Part shown: one piece after another, positions 51,883-61,247 of the stretch
Layout of the letters: every line of letters begins with the position of its first letter
Position numbering within the stretch: position 1 is the first letter of the stretch
DNA from: Halorarum halobium
GTDB taxonomy: Archaea > Halobacteriota > Halobacteria > Halobacteriales > Haloferacaceae
Direction of reading: 5' to 3'
NCBI RefSeq assembly: GCF_032116555.1
Contig: NZ_CP134949.1
Location: 2,108,001-2,172,000, forward strand
DNA length: 64,000 nt
Notes under the pieces: generated by a model
Seen by the model: the letters and a program-made list of their open reading frames with translations, nothing else
The model's database searches: none
What the model was told of the DNA's origin: nothing
Made by a program: the position numbers and the translations under genes

Positions 51883-52428
51883 ATGATATCGAAGCTCCTT
51901 GCGGACTCATACGATGTATTCTACACGATCCGAACGTGGTTGGAGAGAGAATATTACACGTTCAAACTCACTCAACAAGCTCAGGAAGTCGGGGACGATT
52001 TTATCGTGAACGGCCCCAGCCGACTCTCCCCGAACTCGGTGATCGGAACCAACGTGAAGTTCAACGGAATGGAAGTACGTGGTGACGGCTACCTGAAAAT
52101 CGGCGATAACTTTCGGTCAGCTCCAGGGTGTAAGATCGTCACCAGAAATCACGACTACGATGACAGCGATGCCGTTCCCTATGACCATTCCTACGTGCGG
52201 AAGGACGTGGAAATCGGAGACAACGTCTGGTTCGGTGTCAACGTCATCGTGGTTCCGGGAGTGGAAATCGGGGAAGGTGCGATCATCCAGGCGGGGTCAG
52301 TGGTAACTCAGGACGTTCCAAAGGGAGCAATCGCGGGTGGCCACCCTGCTGAAGTTTTCTCTTACAGGGACATGGAGCATTACGAACGGCTGAAAGAGGA
52401 AGGGAAGTTCGTTCCACCTTCCGCATAA
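51883..52428 (+). CDS. Hexapeptide-repeat O-acyltransferase
   Basis: [18 protein letters not shown]...[22 protein letters not shown]...GGHPA. Confidence 0.9.
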   Translation: MISKLLADSYDVFYTIRTWLEREYYTFKLTQQAQEVGDDFIVNGPSRLSPNSVIGTNVKFNGMEVRGDGYLKIGDNFRSAPGCKIVTRNHDYDDSDAVPYDHSYVRKDVEIGDNVWFGVNVIVVPGVEIGEGAIIQAGSVVTQDVPKGAIAGGHPAEVFSYRDMEHYERLKEEGKFVPPSA

Positions 52429-52434
52429 CCCGAC

Positions 52435-53946
52435 CTACAGATACCCCAGCGCTTCGAGCCTGGAAACGTCTTCCTCGGACATCGGTCCGTCCCCGTCCCG
52501 GTCCCGCAGTTCGGACAAGTGTTGCTCCGCGGTCTCGGTCAGCAGGTCCGGTGCATCGGCGTAGGGTCGTTCCTCCCGGGCAGTACCGGCCCAGCGTGCA
52601 CCGGTCGATTCAGCGATCACCTTCCACGAGGCGTCGTACGTGACCACGGAGTGTTCCGCGACCCGGTGATCGATCGTCTCCTCAGCGACGTCCGGGTGCC
52701 GTTCGTAGAACTTCTGTCCACCCGTCGCTGGATAGTGACTCTCCGTCACCCCTTCGAACGGCAACAGGCCAGGGATCACGGAGCCGCCCGTCCCGATCAG
52801 TTCCGAGGTTCCCGTCAGGAACAGGTGGTAGAGATCCTTCAGTGACACCGGCTCGGAGACGGTCCGTTGTTCGAGCGAAGGGTGAGCAAGGAGCAGCGGG
52901 ACGTGGAGAACGGCGTCGCTCACGGACGCCTCGTGTCCCATCCGTCGCCACCCCCGCTCGTCAGTCTCGCCGAGGTTCTCGCCGTGGTCGCTCGTCACGA
53001 CGACGAGCGTGTCTTCGAGAACGCCCGCCTCATCGAGCGAGTCTCGAACCCGCTTCAACTGTTCGTCGGCGGTTTCGACCTCGCCGGCGTACAGGCCGCG
53101 GACTGTTTCGACGTCCTCCTCGTCGATCGACCCGTTCTGTAGTTCGTCCGCGAATTCCCAGGGATACGCGACGTGTTCGTTCAACCGGCGAATCTCCGAG
53201 AACGAGAGTCGTCTTCCGAGATGTTTTTCCTGCAGTTCCGGACGGGGCTTGTACGGCCTGTGGGTGTCCATGAAGTTCATGAACACGAAGAACGGGGAGT
53301 CGCCGTGTCGATCCAGCACGGTCCGCAACCGACGAGTGTTTCGTTCGGGCGAGTAACAGTACCCGCTATCGGGCGAAACGATCGGATGGGGGATGCGCTG
53401 AACGACGTCGAACTCGGTAGCGACCTCGCCGATACCGACCGAGAGGAGGTTCGCGGCGCTCCGGAACGGGCGTCGATGGTCGGCGATCGCTTTGAGCGTG
53501 TCGACCAGAACGTCAACCCTGGAGTTGTCGGCGGAGTCGAGCTGTCGTTGGGCGAACCCGGAGACGTCCATCCCGTCGGCGTACAACTCCCGACCACCCG
53601 TGTAGTAGAACTCGTCGAAACCCTCATGGAACCCCGTGCGCTGGCTCGCGAAGCCGTTCGCCGAGATTCCGTACGTGCTGAATCCGCGTTCTGAAAGCTC
53701 GACGGCGAGCCTGGCGTCGATCGTTCCATCTAGTCGATGACAGCCGTGCTCGTGGGGATACTGGCCGGTGAACAGGGACGCGTGGGACGGCAACGACCAG
53801 GGACTCGGCGCGATCGCCCGTTCGAACCAGACGTTCTCGGACGCGAGTTCGCGGAGTTCGGACGCGTGTTCGCGGGCGTAGTCGAACCGGCACGCGTCCA
53901 GGGTAACCAGAACGATGTTAGGTGGAGATTCGCTGCTGGAGTTCAC
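52435..53946 (-). CDS. Sulfatase-like hydrolase/transferase
   Basis: PNIVLVTLDACR, PWSLPSHASLFTG, FMNFMDTHRPY, TSDHGENLGE, HVPL, RLEALGYL. Confidence 0.88.
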   Translation of the reverse strand: MNSSSESPPNIVLVTLDACRFDYAREHASELRELASENVWFERAIAPSPWSLPSHASLFTGQYPHEHGCHRLDGTIDARLAVELSERGFSTYGISANGFASQRTGFHEGFDEFYYTGGRELYADGMDVSGFAQRQLDSADNSRVDVLVDTLKAIADHRRPFRSAANLLSVGIGEVATEFDVVQRIPHPIVSPDSGYCYSPERNTRRLRTVLDRHGDSPFFVFMNFMDTHRPYKPRPELQEKHLGRRLSFSEIRRLNEHVAYPWEFADELQNGSIDEEDVETVRGLYAGEVETADEQLKRVRDSLDEAGVLEDTLVVVTSDHGENLGETDERGWRRMGHEASVSDAVLHVPLLLAHPSLEQRTVSEPVSLKDLYHLFLTGTSELIGTGGSVIPGLLPFEGVTESHYPATGGQKFYERHPDVAEETIDHRVAEHSVVTYDASWKVIAESTGARWAGTAREERPYADAPDLLTETAEQHLSELRDRDGDGPMSEEDVSRLEALGYL

Positions 53947-54027
53947 GCACCGGAGAGTGCAGACGAGAAGACTATGAACCCTTCGCTCCCGCCCTCGAGA
54001 GCCGGCGTGGAGGAACTCGGAGGGCGC

Positions 54028-55398
54028 TCACTTGTACCCCAGATCCTCCAGTCGCTGCTGGGTTTCGTCGTCGATCGCCACCTCCGCGACCGACCTGTCA
54101 GTTTCTTCCAGGGTCCGCTTGTGGGCCAGCACGGCGTCCCGGAACTCGCTCGCCCGCCCCGGAACCGCCTCGACGACGTTTTCTCGTTCTTCAGGGTCCT
54201 CGACGAGATCGTACAGCTCCTCCTCGGGCTTTGCGTCCGCCCGTTTGTGGTCCCCACCCCGGATGTACTTCCAGGAGTCGGTTCGGTACGCACAGCGGAA
54301 CTCCTCGTCCGCGAGGGTCCCCGATTCGGCGATCACCGCGTCCTTGTTCCAGTCGCCGTGCTCCACCAACGAAACCAGGCTGTCACCGACGAACGTCTCG
54401 GGAACGTCCACGCCGGCGTAGTCGAGGAGGGTCGGTGCGAGATCCAGCAAGCTCACGAGTTCGTCGTATCGACCGCTTCCGTCCGCGTCGATCACCAGCG
54501 GAACGTGAAGGAGTTCGTCGTAGAACGTGTCGTAGTGTGCGAACCCGTGGTGATCGTTGAACTCGTCGCCGTGGTCGGAGGTGATGGCGACGACCGTCTC
54601 CCCCGACAGGGAAGCCCTCGTCTCCCGGATGAGCCTGTCCATCTGCTCGTCGAAGAACCTGACCTCCCCGTCGTAGATGTCCAGGATCGTCTGCAGTTCC
54701 CCGTCCGTGATCTCGTCGGGGGCCTCGAGCATTTTCCGGCGGAGTTTCACCGACTCACGCTTCGAGACTACCGAGTCCCTGAACTCGAGCTGATGTTCCG
54801 CCGGCGGGTGGTACGGGTGATGAACGTCCATGTAGTGGACCCAGAGGAACGCGGGCTCGCTGACGTCACTGACCCATTCGAGCGCCTTGTCGGTCTTCAC
54901 GTCGGCGGGGACCGACGATTCTCCGGGGTTGTAGCCCAGCGCCCGTTCGCTGAAATCGAACGCCGACTTGAGAAGCTGGAACGCGGCGCCATCCTCGTCG
55001 AACGACTGTTTCACGAACTGGCGGAGCTTCGACGTCGAGGACGCCTCGGCGTTCGAACCGAAGTAGTGGTCGTAGCCACGCCCGTACCCGAACTCCGCCA
55101 GGAGGAACGGGTTCGACTGGAACCCGCCGGTCTCGTATCCTTGTTCGGCAAGCGCTTCGGAGATCAACGTCCGGTCCTCGGTGATCCGTTCGAATCCGCC
55201 GTGCATGAGCGGGTACGTCGAGGACAGGATCGAGGGGAACGACCGGCGTGTACTACATCCGTTGGAGAACGCGTTCGAGAAGACGTGGGCGGACTCGGCC
55301 CGTCGATCAAGGTTCGGCGTCGTGTCACGGTCGTACCCGTGATAGCCGACGTGGTCGGCCCGCAGGGAGTCGACGGTGACGAGAAGGACGTTCTTCAT
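54028..55398 (-). CDS. Sulfatase-like hydrolase/transferase
   Basis: NVLLVTVDSLRADH, TTPNLD, HYMDVHHPY, YDGEV, TSDHGDEF, ELYDLVEDPEE, RLEDLGY. Confidence 0.9.
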   Translation of the reverse strand: MKNVLLVTVDSLRADHVGYHGYDRDTTPNLDRRAESAHVFSNAFSNGCSTRRSFPSILSSTYPLMHGGFERITEDRTLISEALAEQGYETGGFQSNPFLLAEFGYGRGYDHYFGSNAEASSTSKLRQFVKQSFDEDGAAFQLLKSAFDFSERALGYNPGESSVPADVKTDKALEWVSDVSEPAFLWVHYMDVHHPYHPPAEHQLEFRDSVVSKRESVKLRRKMLEAPDEITDGELQTILDIYDGEVRFFDEQMDRLIRETRASLSGETVVAITSDHGDEFNDHHGFAHYDTFYDELLHVPLVIDADGSGRYDELVSLLDLAPTLLDYAGVDVPETFVGDSLVSLVEHGDWNKDAVIAESGTLADEEFRCAYRTDSWKYIRGGDHKRADAKPEEELYDLVEDPEERENVVEAVPGRASEFRDAVLAHKRTLEETDRSVAEVAIDDETQQRLEDLGYK

Positions 55399-55549
55399 TA
55401 CGGCAAGGTCCCAACCGTCACCGAATATTCTTTTCGACCTCGCACCGGCCCACGTTCGTCGCTCCGCACCCGGACCCGGCGGTGGCTGACCCGGTTTCGG
55501 CGGTGGAATGGTGTCGTAACGGCAACTGGCGTCTCGTGCGTCCCAGCAG

Positions 55550-56599
55550 TTAATGTGGCGCGTCGTGGGCACGAGAACCTCCGTACCTGCGAGAAATGTC
55601 CGAGAATAGCTCGTCGTACCCGTCCGCGATCTCCGCCCAGCTCCAGCGCCGCGCGATCGACTCGCCGGCGTTTGCGTACGATTCCCGCAACTCCTCGTCG
55701 TCCTCGAGGCGAGAGAGCGCGTCCGCGATCGCGTCCGGTTCGGGCTCGACGAAGAGCAGTTCGTCGGACCCGTACCACTTCGAGAGGTTCCCGGGGCGGA
55801 CGATGATCGGGAGCCCGGCCGCCCCGTACTCCTTGAGTTTCAACGGCTGTTCCCCGTCCTTGAAACAGAAGCCGACGTCGGCGTGCGCGAGGAACCCCGG
55901 CATCAACTCGTACTCGAACGCCCCGGGATAGTACACGTTCTCGTGCGTGTCCGCGGCACGGCGGACTTGGTCCTCGAGTTCCCCCTCTCCGACGAAGAGG
56001 AACTCCCACCCGGGAGCGGCGTCAGCGGTGGCGAGTATCTCCTCGATCTCGTATCTCGATGAGAAGACGCCGATGTAGATGGCGACGGGCCCGTCCAGCG
56101 TGACTCCCTCGCGTTCGAGGACCTGCCGGGACTCCCGAACGGCGTCCTCGTCCGGCTCCGCGAAGAACTCGTAGTTCACCGCGTTCGGCAACCGCGCTGC
56201 CTCCTCGATCCCGCGTTCCATCGCCTCCTCGTGTGAGGATTCGTAGACGAACACGGTCGCGTCTGCTCGACGCAGAACCTGCCATTCGTACCACTCGAAG
56301 AACCGAAACAGCGGTCCGGACAGGTAGTCGATGTCGGAGATGGGGTCGCTCACGTCGCCGAGAAACGGCTTTCCGAGCAGTTTGGAGAGCGGGTACCCTA
56401 TGTAGAGGCCGATCCTCACGTTGCCCGCGATGACGTCGTACTCGCCGGTGATCGCCCGCCGAACGGCCCGGAGGGCATCGAGTCCGCTGGCGTCCTGAAT
56501 GTCGATCTCGTACCCCGCAGCTTCGAGTTCCTCGGCGATGCGTTCACGACGAACGCTGATGTTGTCCCCCTTCGAGGGTCGGAGCCACAGTATTCTCAT
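55550..56599 (-). CDS. GT4-like glycosyltransferase
   Basis: RLPNAVNY, IYIGVF, FVGEG, PLKLKEYGAAGLPII, WSWAEIADGY. Confidence 0.85.
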   Translation of the reverse strand: MRILWLRPSKGDNISVRRERIAEELEAAGYEIDIQDASGLDALRAVRRAITGEYDVIAGNVRIGLYIGYPLSKLLGKPFLGDVSDPISDIDYLSGPLFRFFEWYEWQVLRRADATVFVYESSHEEAMERGIEEAARLPNAVNYEFFAEPDEDAVRESRQVLEREGVTLDGPVAIYIGVFSSRYEIEEILATADAAPGWEFLFVGEGELEDQVRRAADTHENVYYPGAFEYELMPGFLAHADVGFCFKDGEQPLKLKEYGAAGLPIIVRPGNLSKWYGSDELLFVEPEPDAIADALSRLEDDEELRESYANAGESIARRWSWAEIADGYDELFSDISRRYGGSRAHDAPH

Positions 56600-56830
56600 C
56601 CTCTCACACCCCAGTTTTCCGGAGACTCCCTTCAATGCCGATGATGGGCTCCCCCGCGGTTCGCCCCGTCGCTGCCGTGGCGCGTGGACCGGTCCGGAAC
56701 AGACTCCGGTCGTCCCGATGGTTACGGACTGGCCGCCGTGCCGCCGCGCGAAGCTCCCCCGTCCTCCGCATGATCGAACCGATAACGGAAAGTGCGAAAC
56801 GGGGGAGCGATGGCGGCGCACGCGTGGGAA

Positions 56831-57790
56831 TCACGACCGATCACCACCGGGGGTGGCTCCCGGCGTAAACGTCCACTTACACAGCCCGTAGACGTAGCCG
56901 AGCCCGACAGCGCCGGTAAAGACGAAGATCGCGGCGAGCCTCCCGGCACTCGTCGGCGAGCGGGCCTCGACGAGATCGTTCACCCTGGCAGGGACGGCAT
57001 CCGAAGCGAGCGTCCCCAGATACGACGCCTCCTCGTCGCCCCCGGCACCCGACACCAGTTTCTCGAAGAGGAGCTTCGAGTACCCCTGCCAGAACGCCCG
57101 ATCCAGCAACCACCAGAACCCGGTCCGGTACTCGAACACCTTGTGTTCCACCTCCGCTTCCGGCACGTACCACACGCCCTGTCCGTACTCCTCGCGCACG
57201 CGAACGGCGAGCTCAGTCTCGCCGCCCTGCATGTTCACGTCGCCCTTTCGGCCGCCGATCTCGACGTCGAACCCACCGAGCTCCAGAAAGACGTCCCGCC
57301 GGAACGAGATGTTCGACCCGAAGGTGTTGCGAACCTCACCTTCACCATCGGCGAAACCGCGGTGGGTCACTCCCACCAGCCAGTCGAACTCGGCGGGCAG
57401 GTACGCCGGCCGGCCCGCGACCCAGCGGCCGGTCATCTTCCCGCCGACGGCCACACGGTCGTGCTCCTCGTACGCCCCGACCAGCAGTTCCACCCAGTCC
57501 GGGGCCGGCACCGCGTCGTCGTCGATGAACGCGACGACGTCGCCAGTCGAAAGCTCCCCACCGGTGTTTCGGCTCTCCAGCAGCCCGACGTTCTCGTCGT
57601 TACAGTGGAGCACGACGTCTTCCCGGTCGCCGTAGTCGTCCCGGACCCGCTCGAACACCGCCTCCGTCCCGTCGACCACAACCACCAGCTCCACGTCGTC
57701 GTACGTCTGGTCGAGGACGGCGTCCGCGGCCTCGCGGAAGTCGTCGTACATCGACTCGGCGTACGTACAGAGGACGACGGAGACGCGCAT
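56831..57790 (-). CDS. aglG: GT2 glycosyltransferase AglG
   Basis: VSVVLCTY, GLLESRN, AFIDDDA, EFDWLVG, VRNTFGSNISF, GGETEL, RAFWQGYSK; divergent from aglB. Confidence 0.85.
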   Translation of the reverse strand: MRVSVVLCTYAESMYDDFREAADAVLDQTYDDVELVVVVDGTEAVFERVRDDYGDREDVVLHCNDENVGLLESRNTGGELSTGDVVAFIDDDAVPAPDWVELLVGAYEEHDRVAVGGKMTGRWVAGRPAYLPAEFDWLVGVTHRGFADGEGEVRNTFGSNISFRRDVFLELGGFDVEIGGRKGDVNMQGGETELAVRVREEYGQGVWYVPEAEVEHKVFEYRTGFWWLLDRAFWQGYSKLLFEKLVSGAGGDEEASYLGTLASDAVPARVNDLVEARSPTSAGRLAAIFVFTGAVGLGYVYGLCKWTFTPGATPGGDRS

Positions 57791-57899
57791 GCTCCGGGTA
57801 TGAGATGCGACGGTCATACCTGTTTCCGTCTCGCCCGAGTGCCGACCGCCGAGTCACACTTCACAAGGCTTATTCACGCTTTCCGAATCCTACACCGTA

Positions 57900-60800
57900 A
57901 TGAGTAACGGCAGCGATAGTGACGCGAGCGCCGGGGACGTCCCCTCCCGCCTCGGCCTCGACTACGACTTCGAGGGGAAGTCGGTCCTCGACGTCGCCCG
58001 GGACGTCTACCACGTCCCGGCGCTCCTCGTCGTCGTCGCCACGATGCTGTGGATCCGCCTCCAGTCGTACGATCGCTTCACCCGGGGCGGCGAGATCTAC
58101 TTCAACGGCAACGACGCCTGGTACCACCTCCGCGAGACGACCTACGCCGTCCAGCACTGGCCGTTCACGATGCCGTTCGACCCCTGGACCGGGTTCCCGC
58201 TGGGGAACGCCTCGGGCGGCCAGTTCGGGAGCCTGTTCGACCAGCTCGTCGCGCTCGCCGCGCTCGTGCTCGGCCTCGGTAACCCGTCGCCGGAGCTGAT
58301 CACGCGAACGCTGCTCGTCTCGCCGGCCGTCTTCGGCGCGCTGACGGCGATCCCGGTGTACCTGCTCGGGAAGCGACTCGGCGGCCGCATCGGCGGCGTG
58401 TTCGCGGCGGTCGTCCTGATGCTGCTCCCGGGGACGTTCCTGCGGCGCACGCTCGTCGGGTTCGCCGACCACAACGGCGCGGAGCCGTTCTTCCAGGCGT
58501 TCGCCGTCGTGGCAATCATGATCGCGCTGGCGGTTGCCCAGCGCGACCGACCCATCTGGGAACTCGTCGAGGCACGCGAGTGGGACGCGCTCCGGTCGTC
58601 CGCGAAGTGGAGCGCGCTGGCCGGCGTCGCACTCGGCCTCTACCTCTGGGTGTGGCCGCCGGGCATCCTCCTGATCGGCGTGTTCGCGGTGTACCTCACC
58701 CTCCAGTCGGTGAGCGACTACGTCGGCGGCCGGTCCCCCGACCACGTCGCCTTCGTCGCGGCCGTCTCGATGGCGGTCACGCTGCTGTTTGCCGTCGTCG
58801 GCTTCGACGGCGCATCGTTCAGCCCCTCCCGTATCAGCCTCCTCCATCTCACGTTCATTCCGGGCGTCGCGCTCGGGGCCGCCGGGCTGGCCTGGCTCGC
58901 GCGCCAGTTCGACGCGCGCGACTTCTCGGACGACCGACTCGATTCCCACGGGTTCCCGCTCGCGGTCGTCGGGCTGGGATCGTTGGCGGTTCTCGCCGTG
59001 ATCTTCGTCGACGCGGAGCCGTTCTCGACGATCAGTTCGAACCTGCTCCGCTTCATCGGCTTCTCGGCGAACGCACAGGCACGGACCATCGGCGAAGCCC
59101 AGCCGTTCCTCCAGTCCGCGCTCGCCCAGTACTACTCCGCCACGGGCGTCGTGCTGGCCGAGTACGGGTTCGCGTTCGTCACCGCGCTCGTCGGCGCCGT
59201 CTGGCTGCTGGCCAAGCCGCTCTGGCAGCGCGGCGAGGACGACGACTACCTGCTGCTTGGCGGTAGCGCGTTCGTGATCCTGTTCATGTTCCTCGGCAGG
59301 GGCATCTACAACGGCTTCGCGGGCGCGATCGGCGTCGACCCGCAGCTTCTCGGGCTTGCCATCGTCGCCGTGCTCGTGTTCCTCGCGGTCGTCCGGGTCC
59401 GCTACGAGGCCGAGTACCTGTTCGCGTTCGTCTGGGTCGCGTTCATCACGAGCGCGGCGTTCACCCAGGTCCGCTTCAACTACTACCTCGCGGTCGGGGT
59501 GGCGGCGTTCAACGCCTACTTCCTCCGCGAGGTGCTCCGCGCGCTCGACGTGAACCTCTCCCGGGAGACGGTTCCCGACGTGGAGACGTACCAGCTGATC
59601 GCGGTTGCGATGGCCATGATGGTCGTGCTCGTCCCGGTCCTGATGCTCCCGCTGTCGCTTGGCAACACCGGAAACCAGGGGATCGATCAGACGAGCACCG
59701 CCTGGCAGACCGGCAACAACACTGGCCCGGGCGCGGTCGTCCAGTGGGACGGGAGCCTGGACTGGATGTCGGACAACACGCCCCCACAGGGGACGCTCGG
59801 CGGCGCGAACAACGCCGATGAACTCGAGTACTACGGAACGTACGACCGACCGCCCGAAGCCGACTACGACTACCCGAGCGGCGCGTACGGGACGATGTCC
59901 TGGTGGGACTACGGCCACTGGATCACCGTCCAGGGCGAGCGCATCCCGAACGCCAACCCGTTCCAGCAGAACGCCCGCGACGCGGCGAACTACCTCCTCG
60001 CGCCGAACGCCTCGCAGGCCGACGCCGTTCTCGAGGAGAACAGCGAGGACGACGCCTCCACCCGCTACGTGATGGTCGACTGGGAGATGGTGACGCCGGG
60101 CGCGAAGCTGAGCGCCCCGGCCGTATTCTACTCCGAGGGCAACGTCTCCGCCGAGGACCTGTACGCGCGGAACCACCCCGTCCTGCAGCAGACCGAGCAG
60201 GGGTACTCGTTCGCCTTCTACGAGCACCCGCAGCGGTACTACGACAGCCAGATGATCCGGCTGTATCTCCACCACGGGAGCCGGGCCGACCCGACCATCA
60301 ACACCGTGTTCGGCGAGCGAGTCGTCGTGTTCGACTACGAAGCGGTCCCGCAGGCGCCCGACTACAAGGCCCTGCCGACGGGACAGAACGCCACCGCGGT
60401 CCGGACGTTCGCGAACATGAGCGCCGCCGAGCAGTTCGTGGAGGAGGACGGCACCGCCCAGATCGGCGGCATCGGGGCGTTCCCGCGCGAACCCGTGCCG
60501 GCGCTCCAGCACTACCGCCTCGTGCAGGCGAGCCAGTCGTCCGCGTACAGTTCGAGCCAGTACGCACAGTCCGTGCTCCGTGAGTCGCGCGCCCTGGGGG
60601 TCTCCCCGCAGGTGCTCCAGCGGAACTCGCCGCGCTGGGTGAAGACGTTCGAGCGCGTGCCGGGCGCGACCGTGAGCGGGTCGGGCGCGGACCCGAACGA
60701 GACGGTCACCGCGACCGTTCGGATGGAGATGCCGGTCGATGGCGGCAACGCGTCGACGTTCACCTACGAACAGCAGACGACCGCCGACGCGAGCGGGAAC

Positions 60801-61247
60801 TTCGAGTTCGTGCTCCCGTACTCGACGACGGGCTACGACGAGTACGGCCCCGAGAACGGGTACACGAACGTCAGCGTCCGGGCGTCCGGTCCCTACCGGA
60901 TCACCGGCGAGGCGGAGTCGAACGAGAGCGCTTACGTCCTCCGGAACCAGGCGACGCTGAACGTGGCGGAGGGTGACGTCAACGGGGACGGTGACGGGAC
61001 GACCTCGGTCACCCTGGAAGAGCAGGTGATCCAGCAGCCGGAGGGCGCGAACGAGTCCGGCGGCGACGAGACCGCCGGAAACGAATCAGCCGGCAACGGA
61101 ACGACAGGAAACGAAAGCGGGGCCATCATCGGCACGGGCATCCAGTCCGCGACGGACGGTGGAGCCTCCGGTGACGCGTCGGCGCTCGGTTCTACCGAAG
61201 CCGCGCCGGCGGTCCGCGCCAGCGACGGCCGCTACGTGACGCCGTAG
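57900..61247 (+). CDS. aglB: Oligosaccharyltransferase AglB (STT3 family)
   Basis: GNDAWYH, FDPWT, ADHN, TIGEAQP, SWWDYGHWI, ANPFQ; many TM helices. Confidence 0.97.
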   Translation: MSNGSDSDASAGDVPSRLGLDYDFEGKSVLDVARDVYHVPALLVVVATMLWIRLQSYDRFTRGGEIYFNGNDAWYHLRETTYAVQHWPFTMPFDPWTGFPLGNASGGQFGSLFDQLVALAALVLGLGNPSPELITRTLLVSPAVFGALTAIPVYLLGKRLGGRIGGVFAAVVLMLLPGTFLRRTLVGFADHNGAEPFFQAFAVVAIMIALAVAQRDRPIWELVEAREWDALRSSAKWSALAGVALGLYLWVWPPGILLIGVFAVYLTLQSVSDYVGGRSPDHVAFVAAVSMAVTLLFAVVGFDGASFSPSRISLLHLTFIPGVALGAAGLAWLARQFDARDFSDDRLDSHGFPLAVVGLGSLAVLAVIFVDAEPFSTISSNLLRFIGFSANAQARTIGEAQPFLQSALAQYYSATGVVLAEYGFAFVTALVGAVWLLAKPLWQRGEDDDYLLLGGSAFVILFMFLGRGIYNGFAGAIGVDPQLLGLAIVAVLVFLAVVRVRYEAEYLFAFVWVAFITSAAFTQVRFNYYLAVGVAAFNAYFLREVLRALDVNLSRETVPDVETYQLIAVAMAMMVVLVPVLMLPLSLGNTGNQGIDQTSTAWQTGNNTGPGAVVQWDGSLDWMSDNTPPQGTLGGANNADELEYYGTYDRPPEADYDYPSGAYGTMSWWDYGHWITVQGERIPNANPFQQNARDAANYLLAPNASQADAVLEENSEDDASTRYVMVDWEMVTPGAKLSAPAVFYSEGNVSAEDLYARNHPVLQQTEQGYSFAFYEHPQRYYDSQMIRLYLHHGSRADPTINTVFGERVVVFDYEAVPQAPDYKALPTGQNATAVRTFANMSAAEQFVEEDGTAQIGGIGAFPREPVPALQHYRLVQASQSSAYSSSQYAQSVLRESRALGVSPQVLQRNSPRWVKTFERVPGATVSGSGADPNETVTATVRMEMPVDGGNASTFTYEQQTTADASGNFEFVLPYSTTGYDEYGPENGYTNVSVRASGPYRITGEAESNESAYVLRNQATLNVAEGDVNGDGDGTTSVTLEEQVIQQPEGANESGGDETAGNESAGNGTTGNESGAIIGTGIQSATDGGASGDASALGSTEAAPAVRASDGRYVTP

